From: Syntrophales bacterium
GTDB taxonomy: Bacteria > Desulfobacterota > Syntrophia > Syntrophales > PHBD01
Length of the DNA: 64,000 nucleotides
Reading direction: 5' to 3'
Assembly: GCA_963668175.1 (NCBI GenBank)
Contig: OY764159.1
Span: 2,720,001 to 2,784,000 of the forward strand
Position 1 is the first letter of the stretch; the number at the start of each line of letters is the position of its first letter. The notes beneath the pieces were generated by a model. The model had not been told where the DNA came from and did no database searches. It was given only the letters and a program-made list of their open reading frames with translations. Shown here piece by piece: positions 30,089 through 39,995 of this stretch. The position numbers and the translations under genes are program-made.

Positions 30089-31738
30089 ATGACGGTAAAG
30101 GCCGACGCGGAAGATATCGTCCGGAAGTACGACGACCTGACAGGCAACCGGGGCACGTATCTCGCGCACCTGCGGGAGATTTCGAGCTACATGGCGCCGA
30201 CGCAGGCTTCGACGCTCTCGCCCATGGTCGAGGGCGGCAAGCGGACCGAATACATCTACGACGGAACGCAATTGCGGTGCGTGGACAACTTCGCCAACGG
30301 CATGTACGGCAACCTCACGCCGGTGGCCACGCCGTGGTTCGCCCTGGCCTGCCGTAACAAATCGATCAACGACAACGCTGCCGTGAAGACCTGGCTCTCC
30401 GACACGACGGAGCGCATGCGCGACGCCGTCAACACCTCGAACGCCGGGATGGCCCTCTTCGAGTGCTACAAGTACCTGGCCTGGGCCGGTTCGGCGGCGG
30501 TCTACATTACGAAGGGCACGCGCTACGCCCTGAACTTCAAGACGTTCTCCCCCGCGGTCTGCGTCTGGGAGGAAGACCCGGACGGCATCGTCGACTCTCT
30601 CTACCGCGTCGAGAAATTCACCGCCCGCAAGTGCATCCAGGCGTGGGGCGATCGGGTCAGCGAAGAGATCAAACAGGCCTACATCGGGAACGACAACACG
30701 AAGACCTTCGACATCCTCCATGCCGTCTATCCCCGCGACGATTACGACTGGTCGAAGAGGGACGGCATCAACATGAAGTACGCCTCCGTCTATCTCGTGA
30801 AGGAGTCGCGGCATGTCCTTTCGGAAGGCGGCTACAGCGAATTCCCCTATGCGGTCCCACGGTGGGACAAGGCGGACGGCGAGGTGACGGGCCGTTCCCC
30901 GGGCATGAATGCCCTGCCCGACGTGAAGCAGTTGCAGCAGGTCGTCTACGACACGACGGTGGCGCACCAGATGTGGCTGCGGCCGCCGGTCCTGGCCTCG
31001 AAGGAATCGGCTTTAAGCTCCACGCGGTTCCAGCCGGGCAAGATCATCTACCACCGCACGGGCGAAAGGCCCGAGCCCTGGCCGATCTCCGGCGACCTGC
31101 GGGTGTCCCTCGAAGAGAAGAACAGCCTGCGGGACGCCATCCGCCAGTCCTTCTTCAACGACCTCTTCATCGTCCTTGGCGACAATGTCCCGGGCAGGAC
31201 GGCCTACGAGGTCCGGCAGATGGTCGAGGAGAAGATGAACATCCTGGGGCCTTTTCTGGGCCGGCTGATGGTCGAGCTTCTCGACGTCATGCTGTCGAGG
31301 GTCTTCTGGGTCCTCTACCGGAACGGCTATATCACGCCGGTGCCGAGGGAACTCGTCAACCAGGGCCTCAACATGGAATACATCGGGAGGCTCGCGCTGG
31401 CCATGAGGCGGTACGAGACCGCGGCTGCGGCGGATGCGCTGCAGATGACGCAGACCATCGCCCAGGCGGACCAGAGCGTCCTCGACAACTGGAACATGGA
31501 CGAAGTGGTTACCGGCACGGCGCAGCGCGCCGGCGTCCCGGTCAAGTACCTGCGGCCCGCGAACGAACGCGACAAGATGCGCCAGGAGCGCGTCGCGCAG
31601 ATGCAGGCGCAACAGCAGGCGCAGCAGCAGGATGCGACGGCGCAGGCCCTGGCGGAGCAGGTGCCGAACCTCTCCAAAGCGCCCGAGGAAGGGTCGCCCG
31701 CAGAGGCGCTCCTCAAGGCCATGGGAGGAAAGCAATAA
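30089..31738 (+). CDS. Portal (head-to-tail connector) protein
   Basis: LTPVATPWFAL, EFPYAVPRW...GRSPGMNALPDVKQLQ, TAYEV...LGPFLGRL; Gln-rich C-terminus. Confidence 0.93.
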   Translation: MTVKADAEDIVRKYDDLTGNRGTYLAHLREISSYMAPTQASTLSPMVEGGKRTEYIYDGTQLRCVDNFANGMYGNLTPVATPWFALACRNKSINDNAAVKTWLSDTTERMRDAVNTSNAGMALFECYKYLAWAGSAAVYITKGTRYALNFKTFSPAVCVWEEDPDGIVDSLYRVEKFTARKCIQAWGDRVSEEIKQAYIGNDNTKTFDILHAVYPRDDYDWSKRDGINMKYASVYLVKESRHVLSEGGYSEFPYAVPRWDKADGEVTGRSPGMNALPDVKQLQQVVYDTTVAHQMWLRPPVLASKESALSSTRFQPGKIIYHRTGERPEPWPISGDLRVSLEEKNSLRDAIRQSFFNDLFIVLGDNVPGRTAYEVRQMVEEKMNILGPFLGRLMVELLDVMLSRVFWVLYRNGYITPVPRELVNQGLNMEYIGRLALAMRRYETAAAADALQMTQTIAQADQSVLDNWNMDEVVTGTAQRAGVPVKYLRPANERDKMRQERVAQMQAQQQAQQQDATAQALAEQVPNLSKAPEEGSPAEALLKAMGGKQ

Positions 31739-31987
31739 ATGCCGTACAGCCATTTGCCGGAGGAGGAACAGGACAGGCAGCGCAAGATCGATTTCAACGC
31801 GACGTTCGGCGGCGAAACAGGCTTCCGCGTCCTTCAGGACCTGGTCCTCAACGCATGCCACATGTTCAGGCCTTCCGTCGAGGTGGACGATAAGAATACG
31901 GAGGTCTTCTTCCGCGAGGGCGAAAGGCGCATAGGGCTCTACATCATGGAAAAGCTGAACGAAGATCTCAGGTCGAAAATACTCTAG
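31739..31987 (+). CDS. Bbp19-like small phage protein
   Basis: TFGGETGFRVLQDL...FFREGERRIGLYI; lies between portal and scaffold. Confidence 0.75.
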   Translation: MPYSHLPEEEQDRQRKIDFNATFGGETGFRVLQDLVLNACHMFRPSVEVDDKNTEVFFREGERRIGLYIMEKLNEDLRSKIL

Positions 31988-31998
31988 GAGGAGAAACG

Positions 31999-32877
31999 AT
32001 GGCGGAAGGAACCGATCCGGGAACCATCCAACCGGGGAGTCAGGAAAGCCAGGACGGATGGCAAGTCGGCCTTAACGGCAGCAACTGGGGCGAGTTCCTG
32101 GGCGACCTCAAGGGCGATCCGGTCTTTAAGCCTTACGAGGGCAAGCCGGTTCAGGAGGTGTTCAAGGGCTACGCCAATGCGGCGAGGATGATCGGCGGCG
32201 ACAAGATCGTCGTCCCGGCCGGGAGCCTCGACACGGAAGCGACCTGGAACCAGGTCTGGGACAAGCTCGGCCGGCCGAAGGACCACAGGGGATACCATTT
32301 GAAGCTGGAGCAGGGCATCTTTCCCGAGGGAACGCAACTCGATCCCGGGGTGGACGAGGCATATGCGAAGACCTGCCACAGGCTCGGCATCCTGCCGAAG
32401 CAGGCCAACGCCCTGTATAACTGGCATGCAAGACTGGTGTCGGATATGCAGGCCCAAAGCGCGGCCCGCGAGGGTTCGGCCTACGACCGCGCCGCCGACG
32501 AACTGCGCCGCGAATTGCGGACCGAAGAGAGGTTCCAGACATTCGTCGACAAGAGCAACCGGGTCGTCTCCCGGTATGCCGGATCGCAGGACGCCGCGGA
32601 CCGGATCATCGACAAGTACGGCAACGACCCCGACATCATCCGTCTCCTGGGGAATATCGGTGCGTCGCTCGACGAGGACGTCCTGGTGACGGGAGGCCGG
32701 CGTTACGCCGACGGCGCCGACCCGCGGGAGAAGCTCCTCGACATCCAGCAGAACAAGGCGAATCCGCTGCACGAGGCCTACTTCAACGCGGGCCATCCGC
32801 AGCACCAGTACGCGGTGGACGAGGTCTTCCGGCTCACGCAGCTCGCGCAGGGCGGCAAGGGATGGAGGAAGCCGTGA
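31999..32877 (+). CDS. Capsid scaffolding/assembly protein
   Basis: WDKLGRPKD...GNDPDIIRLL...GHPQHQYAV; position before the capsid gene. Confidence 0.78.
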   Translation: MAEGTDPGTIQPGSQESQDGWQVGLNGSNWGEFLGDLKGDPVFKPYEGKPVQEVFKGYANAARMIGGDKIVVPAGSLDTEATWNQVWDKLGRPKDHRGYHLKLEQGIFPEGTQLDPGVDEAYAKTCHRLGILPKQANALYNWHARLVSDMQAQSAAREGSAYDRAADELRRELRTEERFQTFVDKSNRVVSRYAGSQDAADRIIDKYGNDPDIIRLLGNIGASLDEDVLVTGGRRYADGADPREKLLDIQQNKANPLHEAYFNAGHPQHQYAVDEVFRLTQLAQGGKGWRKP

Positions 32878-33059
32878 ACTTTTTCGATTTGCAGGAAGAA
32901 TCGTGCCGCGTCGTGAGCAGGTTCGGAAAGCCGAACCCCCGGCAGATCACGGAAGAGGAACAGCGCCGGGAGGAAACACTGGCGCGCAGGGAAAACCGCG
33001 GCGGGCAGCCCCCGGAGGGTCCGCCCGGGCCATGAAAGGAAAATGAAACGGTCGGGCAG

Positions 33060-33244
33060 CGCCTTAACAGGCTATGCCCCCCGCATGGGGGGTGTTGAAT
33101 AACTCGCTTTGAACCCCCTATGCAGGGGGCACGCAGGCTGTTCAAAAATGTCCAGATGTAAGGTTTATCCCCTTTAGGGGACGCGCAAAAGACCCCCATG
33201 CGGGGGGCGCGGCCCCCATGCGGGGGGCATGGCCTGATAAGGCG
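33060..33244. repeat. ~185-bp element with 32-bp terminal inverted repeats (MITE/REP-like)
   Basis: 33060-33091 matches the reverse complement of 33213-33244 with 2 mismatches; several internal CCCCC-N4-GGGGG hairpins. Confidence 0.7.
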
Positions 33245-33345
33245 TCCGTGCTAGGCGAGAAGAAGCTTGAAGAAGCTCGGTGATCCGCAACCGCGGGCAG
33301 TCACGAGGAAAAGTCGAACCATATAACTTTTTGGAGGTGACTGAG

Positions 33346-34212
33346 ATGTCCACACAGATAACCGCTGCCATGGTCGAGCAGTATTCGTCCAATGTGCAGA
33401 TCCTCATGCAGCAGAAGGAAAGCCGCCTGCGGAGCGCCGTCCGCGTGGAGACGGGCGTCGTCGGGCGGAACGCCTTCTTCGATCAACTGAACCAGACGGC
33501 CGCCATCAGACGCACGACGCGCCACGGCGACACGCCTCTCGTCAACACGCCTCATATGCGCAGGCGCGTCACCCTGGCCGACTACGACTGGGCCGACCTC
33601 GTCGACAACATGGACGCGAGGAAAGTCCTGACGGACCCGACGAGCAACTATGCCAAGAACGCGGCCAACGCCATGAACCGGGCCATCGACGACGTCATCA
33701 TCGCCAATGCCTTGGTGACGGCGGCCGGCGGCATCGACGGAAGCACGCCTTACAGTTTCGACACGGCCAACTATCAGATCGCCCACGGCGGTGCGGGACT
33801 GAACCTGAACAAGATCCTCTCGGCCAAGCAGAAACTCGACGCCGCCGAAGTGGACGAAAACGACCGCTTCTTCGTCCTCGGCTCGAAGCAGCTCAACGAT
33901 CTGCTGAACATCAACCAGATCCAGTCCGCCGACTACAACACCGTCAAGGCCCTCGTCCACGGCGATATCGACACGTACCTTGGGTTCAGGTTCATCCGCA
34001 GCGAACGCCTGCAGATACCCACCACCAATGTCTATTCGTGCCTGGCCTTCCAGAAGAATTCGCTCCTCCTGGCCATCGGCCTCGACATCGTGACGGACGT
34101 CGGACCGCGGCGCGACAAGAACATGGCGAACCAGGTCTATCTCGGCATGTCCATCGGCGCAACCCGCATGGACGAAAAGGGCGTAGTCGAAGTCCAGTGC
34201 CAGAACGCTTAA
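33346..34212 (+). CDS. Major capsid protein
   Basis: GGAGG RBS; QQKESRLR, HMRRRV...ADLVD, AMNRAIDDVII, SADYN...GFRFI, GATRMDEKGVVEV. Confidence 0.92.
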   Translation: MSTQITAAMVEQYSSNVQILMQQKESRLRSAVRVETGVVGRNAFFDQLNQTAAIRRTTRHGDTPLVNTPHMRRRVTLADYDWADLVDNMDARKVLTDPTSNYAKNAANAMNRAIDDVIIANALVTAAGGIDGSTPYSFDTANYQIAHGGAGLNLNKILSAKQKLDAAEVDENDRFFVLGSKQLNDLLNINQIQSADYNTVKALVHGDIDTYLGFRFIRSERLQIPTTNVYSCLAFQKNSLLLAIGLDIVTDVGPRRDKNMANQVYLGMSIGATRMDEKGVVEVQCQNA

Positions 34213-34221
34213 CAACCCGCG

Positions 34222-34241
34222 GGGGAGGGCATTCCCTCCCC
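34222..34241 (+). terminator. GC hairpin after the capsid gene
   Basis: GGGGAGGG-catt-CCCTCCCC; weak U-tract. Confidence 0.45.
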
Positions 34242-34268
34242 GTGTAATTCCTCAAGGAGGATTAGACC

Positions 34269-34724
34269 ATGGCAACATACAGCGGTTCCAACTACACGAA
34301 ATTCCTGTCCCCAAGTCCTTTTCCCGTGGGAACGAATCCGGGTTACATGGGAGCGGAGTGGGAGGGCAAAGTACGCGCGATCTACGATACATATACCTTC
34401 GCGGGAGAAACGTCCGGATCGTTCGTCAATGTCGGCGTTCTGAGGGCCGGAGAGGTGTACCTCGGCTGCGAGATCGTCAACGCGGCGCTCGGCGCCAGCA
34501 CAACACTTCAGCTCGGTGATCAGGGCTGCACCGGCCTGGCGGCCAACGACGCCCGATACATGGCGGCGCAATCGTCCGTATCCGCCGGGAACATCATTGG
34601 CAAGGACGCATCGTCGGGTTTGGGGTTCAAGGCTCCGGGCGACCTCGTCCTCCAGCTCAAGACGGGCGGCGGTGCCTGTACGGGCCAAGTCCAGATCACC
34701 ATCTGGAAAGTCTGCCCGAATTAA
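34269..34724 (+). CDS. Putative capsid decoration/cement protein
   Basis: 151-aa beta-rich ORF directly after the capsid gene; AGGAGG RBS. Confidence 0.6.
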   Translation: MATYSGSNYTKFLSPSPFPVGTNPGYMGAEWEGKVRAIYDTYTFAGETSGSFVNVGVLRAGEVYLGCEIVNAALGASTTLQLGDQGCTGLAANDARYMAAQSSVSAGNIIGKDASSGLGFKAPGDLVLQLKTGGGACTGQVQITIWKVCPN

Positions 34725-34734
34725 TTATCAAACG

Positions 34735-34764
34735 GCGGGGAGGGGCATAACGGCCCCTCCCCGC
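34735..34764 (+). terminator. 12-bp GC hairpin after the decoration gene
   Basis: GCGGGGAGGGGC-ataacg-GCCCCTCCCCGC. Confidence 0.5.
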
Positions 34765-34782
34765 ATCTCACAGGGGAACGAC

Positions 34783-35346
34783 ATGACGGCAAGTGCGTTG
34801 GATCTTTGCAACAGTGCGCTGACCCTCCTCGGTCAGCCGGCTATCACCTCGCTTACGGCCAATCTCCGGGCGGCGAAGCTCGTGAACCAGCGGTATCCGT
34901 ACTGCATCGACGCGACCCTCCGGGCCTATCCGTGGAACTCCGCCCTGGTGCGCATGACGGTAACGGCGGATGCGACGGCGCCCGTCTTCGGGTACGCCTT
35001 CAGATATCTCCTGCCGACGGAACCTTACTGTCTCCGCGTACTGCGTATGGACGACACCGACTGCGAGTTCAAGGTCGAAGGCCGGTATCTTCTTACGGAT
35101 GTGGGCGGCTGCAAGCTCCTGTATATCGCGAGGATCAGCGTGGGCGGTTTCGACGCCCTGCTGTTCGAGGCCGCGGCGGCAAGGCTCGCCGCGGACATCG
35201 CCTTCCCCCTGACGAACAGCACGTCCATGTCCCAGCAGGCATGGAATGCCTACCAGCAGAAGCTCGTCGAGGCCCAGGACACGGACGCCCAGGAAGGCAC
35301 CTCCGAGGACGTGGGCATGTACGGGTGGATCGATTCGAGGAGATAG
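34783..35346 (+). CDS. Tail tubular protein A (adaptor, T7 gp11-like)
   Basis: LDLCNSALTLLGQPAITSL, YPWNSAL, YLLPTEPYCLRV, RLAADIAFPLT. Confidence 0.88.
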   Translation: MTASALDLCNSALTLLGQPAITSLTANLRAAKLVNQRYPYCIDATLRAYPWNSALVRMTVTADATAPVFGYAFRYLLPTEPYCLRVLRMDDTDCEFKVEGRYLLTDVGGCKLLYIARISVGGFDALLFEAAAARLAADIAFPLTNSTSMSQQAWNAYQQKLVEAQDTDAQEGTSEDVGMYGWIDSRR

Positions 35347-35349
35347 GCG

Positions 35350-37800
35350 ATGCGGACATCCCAGGCCATCACATCCTTCAACGCCGGCGAATGGTCGCCG
35401 CAGCTCTACGGCAGATACGACCTGGCGAAGTACCTCAATGCCTGCCGGTACCTGCGAAACTTCATTCCCCGGGTCCACGGCGGCGCGCAAAGGCGGCCGG
35501 GGTGGCGGTATGTCGCAGGGACGAAGTACGACGAGCAGAAATCGCGCCTCATTCCCTTCCAACAGAGCCAGTCCAAGGCGTACGCGCTGGAGTTCGGCGA
35601 CGGTTACATCCGCGTCTTCAAGGACAAGGGGAAGGTGACGGCCGGCGCCGGCGACGATCCCCCTCCCTACGAAGTCTCGTCGCCCTACGGCGTGGACGAC
35701 ATCAGGGGCATCCGCTACATCCAGGACGCGGACATCATGTATCTCTTCCATCCTTCCTACGCCGTGCACCAGATCTCTCGCACCGGCGACGCCTCCTGGA
35801 CGCTCGAGGAAGCGACGTTCACCGACGGTCCCTATCTAGACGAAAACACCGTCGAAGACACCGGAACGAACCTCTGCCCCGACGGGGACATGGAGAACAA
35901 CACTGGTTGGACGTCCGTCGGGACGCCGACGACGCAGGAGAGATCGTCGGACAGATCCTATCACGGGGCATACAACCGGAAATTCGTCGTGGACGCCCTG
36001 GGGGAGGGGATTCAGTCGGGGACATGGACATCGGTCACGGGCACCCTTTACCGACTCCGGTTCCGTGTTTGGACGGCGGCAAAGAACATCGCCTTCACGG
36101 TGCGCAACGGGGCGAACACGGCGGACCTCTTCACGGAGACGTTCTCTTCCGTGGCCGATTCGGAGTGGACGGAGTACGAGCGCTACTACAAGGAGACGGC
36201 GGGAGGAGCAGGGGCTTACGTCAAGTTCGTCAATGCCACGGGCACCTCCGGCACGTTCTATATCGACCACGTCGAGGTCTACGCCATCGATTCGGTGCTG
36301 CTCACGCCGTCGGGCGTCACCGGCACTGTCACCCTCATGGCCACGAGCGAGATATTCGAATCGACCCACGTCGGCTCTCACTGGCGTCTCCGGTGGAACG
36401 AAGACGAGGTGGGATACGTCAAGGTGACGAGCTACAACGCCACGACCTCCGTGAACGCCCTCGTCATGAAGGAGCTGCCGCACACGTCGCCGACGCCGTT
36501 CTGGCGGGAAGGGGCGTGGTCGGACAAACGGGGATTCCCCGCCACCGGGACGTTCTACGAACAGAGGCTGTGCGCGGCCTGCACGTCTTACCAGCCCCAG
36601 ACCATCTGGGGATCGAGAACGACGGCTTACACGGATTTCACGCCGGGCACGGAAGACACGGACGCCTTCACGCACACGATCAAGAGCGACCAGGTCCAGT
36701 ACATCCGCTGGCTGGCGGGGCTTTCGCAACTCATGGTCGGGACGTCGTCCGGGGAATGGCGGCTGGGAGGAGCTTCTTCGAGCGACGCCCTCACGTCGGG
36801 AAACGTCCGGATCCTGCCGCAGTCGCGGTACGGATGCTCGGACCTCCATCCCGTCAACATGGGATTCGCCATCCTCTTCCTCTGCCGGCACGGGGAACCG
36901 ACGAACTACGGCCGGACGCTCCGGGAACTGACCTACCGGCTGGAGTACGACACCTTTATCGGCGCGAACCTCTCGAAGTTCGTCGATCACATCGCCAGGG
37001 ACGGCATCTCGGATATGGCCTTCATGTCGTCCCCCTGGCCGATTCTCTGGGGGATCAGGCTGAACGGGGGCGTCGGCGAACTTGTCGGCATGACGTACGA
37101 AAAGGACGAGGACGTCCTCGGGTGGCACGTCCATCCCACGGCGGGATCGCTGGAGTCGATCTGCGTCATCGCCGGCGCGAAGCAGGACGAGCTCTGGGGC
37201 ATCTTCAAGCACACGATCAACGGCAACACCGTCCGGTACGTCGAGGTCCTGGAGGACTTCGACTGGGGCGACGACCAATCGGACAGCTTCTTTGTCGATT
37301 GCGGGGGAACGTATGCGGGAACGACGACGACGACGATAAGCGGCCTCGAATTCCTGGAAGGGGAGACGGTCAAGGTCCTCGTCAACGGCGCCGTGCATCC
37401 GGAGCGGACGGTTCACCAGGGAGCGATCGGTTTGGATTGGGCGGGCAGCGTCGTCCAGGTCGGTCTTGCCTATACGTCGGACCTCAAGCCCCTGGACCTG
37501 GAGGGCGGCGCGGCGGAAGGGGCGTCGCAGGGCAAGCTCAAGCGTGTCCATTCCCTCGGTATCCGGTTCTACAACACCCTGGGCGGCAGTTACGGACCCG
37601 ACGAGGACAACCTGGAGGAGATCGTCTTCCGGGACACGGCGGACCCGGTCGGCACCGTGGTCCCGCTTTACTCGGGCCTTGTCGAGTACGCCTTCCCGGG
37701 CGGATGGGAATCCGAGTGCGAGGTGATGATAAGGCAGACGGACCCCCTGCCCATGACGGTCCTTTCGATGATCCCGCGATACCGGACGGAGGACAAATGA
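35350..37800 (+). CDS. Tail tubular protein B (nozzle, T7 gp12-like) with an inserted CBM-like domain
   Basis: SFNAGEWSPQLYGRYDL, GGAQRRPG, RLIPF...LEFGDGYIRV, FYEQRL, PLPMTVLS. Confidence 0.9.
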   Translation: MRTSQAITSFNAGEWSPQLYGRYDLAKYLNACRYLRNFIPRVHGGAQRRPGWRYVAGTKYDEQKSRLIPFQQSQSKAYALEFGDGYIRVFKDKGKVTAGAGDDPPPYEVSSPYGVDDIRGIRYIQDADIMYLFHPSYAVHQISRTGDASWTLEEATFTDGPYLDENTVEDTGTNLCPDGDMENNTGWTSVGTPTTQERSSDRSYHGAYNRKFVVDALGEGIQSGTWTSVTGTLYRLRFRVWTAAKNIAFTVRNGANTADLFTETFSSVADSEWTEYERYYKETAGGAGAYVKFVNATGTSGTFYIDHVEVYAIDSVLLTPSGVTGTVTLMATSEIFESTHVGSHWRLRWNEDEVGYVKVTSYNATTSVNALVMKELPHTSPTPFWREGAWSDKRGFPATGTFYEQRLCAACTSYQPQTIWGSRTTAYTDFTPGTEDTDAFTHTIKSDQVQYIRWLAGLSQLMVGTSSGEWRLGGASSSDALTSGNVRILPQSRYGCSDLHPVNMGFAILFLCRHGEPTNYGRTLRELTYRLEYDTFIGANLSKFVDHIARDGISDMAFMSSPWPILWGIRLNGGVGELVGMTYEKDEDVLGWHVHPTAGSLESICVIAGAKQDELWGIFKHTINGNTVRYVEVLEDFDWGDDQSDSFFVDCGGTYAGTTTTTISGLEFLEGETVKVLVNGAVHPERTVHQGAIGLDWAGSVVQVGLAYTSDLKPLDLEGGAAEGASQGKLKRVHSLGIRFYNTLGGSYGPDEDNLEEIVFRDTADPVGTVVPLYSGLVEYAFPGGWESECEVMIRQTDPLPMTVLSMIPRYRTEDK

Positions 37801-38180
37801 TGCCCGCAGCGAAACGACCGTGGGATGATGGTTTGCGGCGGAGGACGGAAATATTTCTCCCCGGGCGTATGGGAGGCCGTATGCGAGGTGATGACCAACG
37901 GATCGACCTGCTGCCGATGACGGTGTCTGCAACGCGATACCGGACGGAGGACAAATGATGCTCATACCGCGCGACGATATGGGAACACCGGTACACGGGC
38001 GGAACGGCAGGAACATCCTCTTTCCGGTATGGCTGGAGTCCCGGAGAGAGGCGACGATCCGGCGGATAGATACGCTGCCGAGGAGAGTGTCTGCAGCGCA
38101 CTTCGGGACGGAGGATAAATAGATGGCCGATGATTTTGTCGTCAGGCGCGACCTGAATGGTGTTCCCGTCCACGGGTACG
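37700..38180 (+). repeat. Three degenerate tandem copies (~160 bp) of the nozzle/next-gene junction
   Basis: GGACGGAGGA(C/T)AAAT at 37784, 37942 and 38106; 29-bp identity between 37775-37803 and 37933-37961. Confidence 0.8.
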
Positions 38181-38494
38181 ATCATAACACCGATCTCGTC
38201 AAGACGCTCCTGTACCTCTGGGACACTTCGAGCCTTTCGCCCGTCCTGGCTACGAATATTCCGGGAACCGGTGCCATCGCCGCAGGCAACGTCGCCCTGA
38301 CGACGCGCGTGGACGACCAGACGGACGCATTCTATATCTATATCGGCAAGGCGGCCATAGGGTCCTCGGAGGACGCGGCGATCTGGCAAATCCAGAGGCT
38401 GCCCAAGAGCGGCATCGTCAAGAGCCTCTACGCCGACCGCAACCAAAATTTCGACAACATCTGGAGCAACAGGAAAAACCTGTCTTATTCGTGA
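38123..38494 (+). CDS. Phage structural hypothetical protein
   Basis: YIYIGKAAIGSSEDAAIWQIQRL...FDNIWSNRKNLSYS motif, recalled from phage tail regions. Confidence 0.7.
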   Translation: MADDFVVRRDLNGVPVHGYDHNTDLVKTLLYLWDTSSLSPVLATNIPGTGAIAAGNVALTTRVDDQTDAFYIYIGKAAIGSSEDAAIWQIQRLPKSGIVKSLYADRNQNFDNIWSNRKNLSYS

Positions 38495-38507
38495 GGGCGA
38501 TTTGGTT

Positions 38508-38729
38508 ATGAGTGACGAGACGATTACTGCAGAATGCATCGGGATGACCCCTTTTGAGGCGACGCTTTTTCTTAAGGAAAAAAGCAGGAGGTTAGATTGT
38601 GGGCTCGATTTGTCCCCTTCCGCGTTTCTTGCTGCGCTCAATTACGGCACATTAGAAGAATTGCAGGCCGAGACTCTGGCGAACTCAGCGAGGCTGGATG
38701 TCGCTCAAGCGGCGGAGGTACCTGAATAA
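38508..38729 (+). CDS. Small hypothetical phage protein
   Basis: Fills the gap and is coupled to the next gene (TAATG). Confidence 0.55.
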   Translation: MSDETITAECIGMTPFEATLFLKEKSRRLDCGLDLSPSAFLAALNYGTLEELQAETLANSARLDVAQAAEVPE

Positions 38730-39511
38730 TGGCGACCATTACTGCGCAGGCTAATGGGAATTGGAGTAGCACGAGTACCTGGGACCTGGGTCGTCTTCCC
38801 CAGGCTGGCGACGACGTCAATCTGTCGTCTTATGCTGTCGTATGGGACACCGGCATAACGACAATCCCGGCGACGGGGTCGCTCAATTCTTTGACGGACA
38901 CGACAGGGAAACTTACCTGGAATTCCCCAGATTTCAGCAGTGACTGCGTTTTGAATTGCACAACAATAACGGCTGTCGGTACGTCTTTGATATATCAAAC
39001 CGGCTCCAGTTCTTCGCGTAAGCTCACGATTAACGCTGATGCGTTGTTCGGTGGGTCTACCAATGGGGCAGAAGGTATTCATGCTCATGGGGACTGCACG
39101 TTAGTTCTGTACATAAGACTTGTACAGGGAGGAACAACCACGTCCACAAGAGGCATAATGCTGTGGGGAAACACGACTCTTTATGTGTATGGCTTCCCAG
39201 GAGCACAGGTATGTGGGGACATAACCACATGGCCAGGGGGGGCCGGAGTAGAGAATAACGGTGCGAACCCCAGTTATTTTTATAATTGTACCATTGTTGG
39301 AGGAAACAGGGTGGAGGGAGTTACGCATACTTACAGCGGGAGATCTACCTTCTATAACTGCAATATTATTGACGGATCGTTTCAGGCTATAGGTGGATTC
39401 GCGTCCACTTTTATCTGGGGTCCAAACAATTACTGGAAAATGCGTGACGGAACCCTGTTGTTCATGGGGGGCCGGGACAGGAAACGGAGGGTGACATATG
39501 GCGGTCGCTGA
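38729..39511 (+). CDS. Beta-rich putative virion/receptor-binding protein
   Basis: NGNWSSTSTWDLGRLPQAGDDV N-terminus; Gly/Thr/Asn-rich beta-helix-like body; lower GC. Confidence 0.6.
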   Translation: MATITAQANGNWSSTSTWDLGRLPQAGDDVNLSSYAVVWDTGITTIPATGSLNSLTDTTGKLTWNSPDFSSDCVLNCTTITAVGTSLIYQTGSSSSRKLTINADALFGGSTNGAEGIHAHGDCTLVLYIRLVQGGTTTSTRGIMLWGNTTLYVYGFPGAQVCGDITTWPGGAGVENNGANPSYFYNCTIVGGNRVEGVTHTYSGRSTFYNCNIIDGSFQAIGGFASTFIWGPNNYWKMRDGTLLFMGGRDRKRRVTYGGR

Positions 39512-39995
39512 CGAATTAAGACAGGACTTAACTGCCGACTCCATCAACAAGGCGTTGGCGATTCAATCAAGACAGGTGTCGAGCAGTGACGCCAGGGCGG
39601 GGTCCGTATGGCCGACGGAGAAAAAAACGCCGGCGAAGCCGTCCGCGCATAGATCAAGCTTGGCGGCCGCGGACACCGGAGACATCAGCTCAAGCATGGG
39701 AGGCCTGGGTATTATTTTTGATGTCGGAAACTCTCAATATGTGTCGATGGTCGCGGAGCTTTCCGTCGCGTCCGCCACAGTCCAGATTGCCCTTGCTCTC
39801 TACGACGCAAGCGGAACGCTTATAGGGATAACTGAGGTCGCCAGTTTTATCGCCGACGCCTCCTGGCGCAACGGGGCAAGCGGTCCGTATGTGTCGCCTC
39901 GCTATGTTTTCGACGTGTCGGGCGCGAGCAAGGTGTTAGCGAAGTTAAAGAGCATCAGTTCTGGAAATGTCGGTATATATTTAATATCGCTATGA
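39498..39995 (+). CDS. Hypothetical phage protein
   Basis: Overlapping start, GGAGG RBS. Confidence 0.65.
   Translation: MAVADELRQDLTADSINKALAIQSRQVSSSDARAGSVWPTEKKTPAKPSAHRSSLAAADTGDISSSMGGLGIIFDVGNSQYVSMVAELSVASATVQIALALYDASGTLIGITEVASFIADASWRNGASGPYVSPRYVFDVSGASKVLAKLKSISSGNVGIYLISL

Noticed and set aside
37775..38127. CRISPR array
   Set aside because: Only three degenerate copies at ~160-bp spacing, the intervening sequence is itself homologous, and there are no cas genes.
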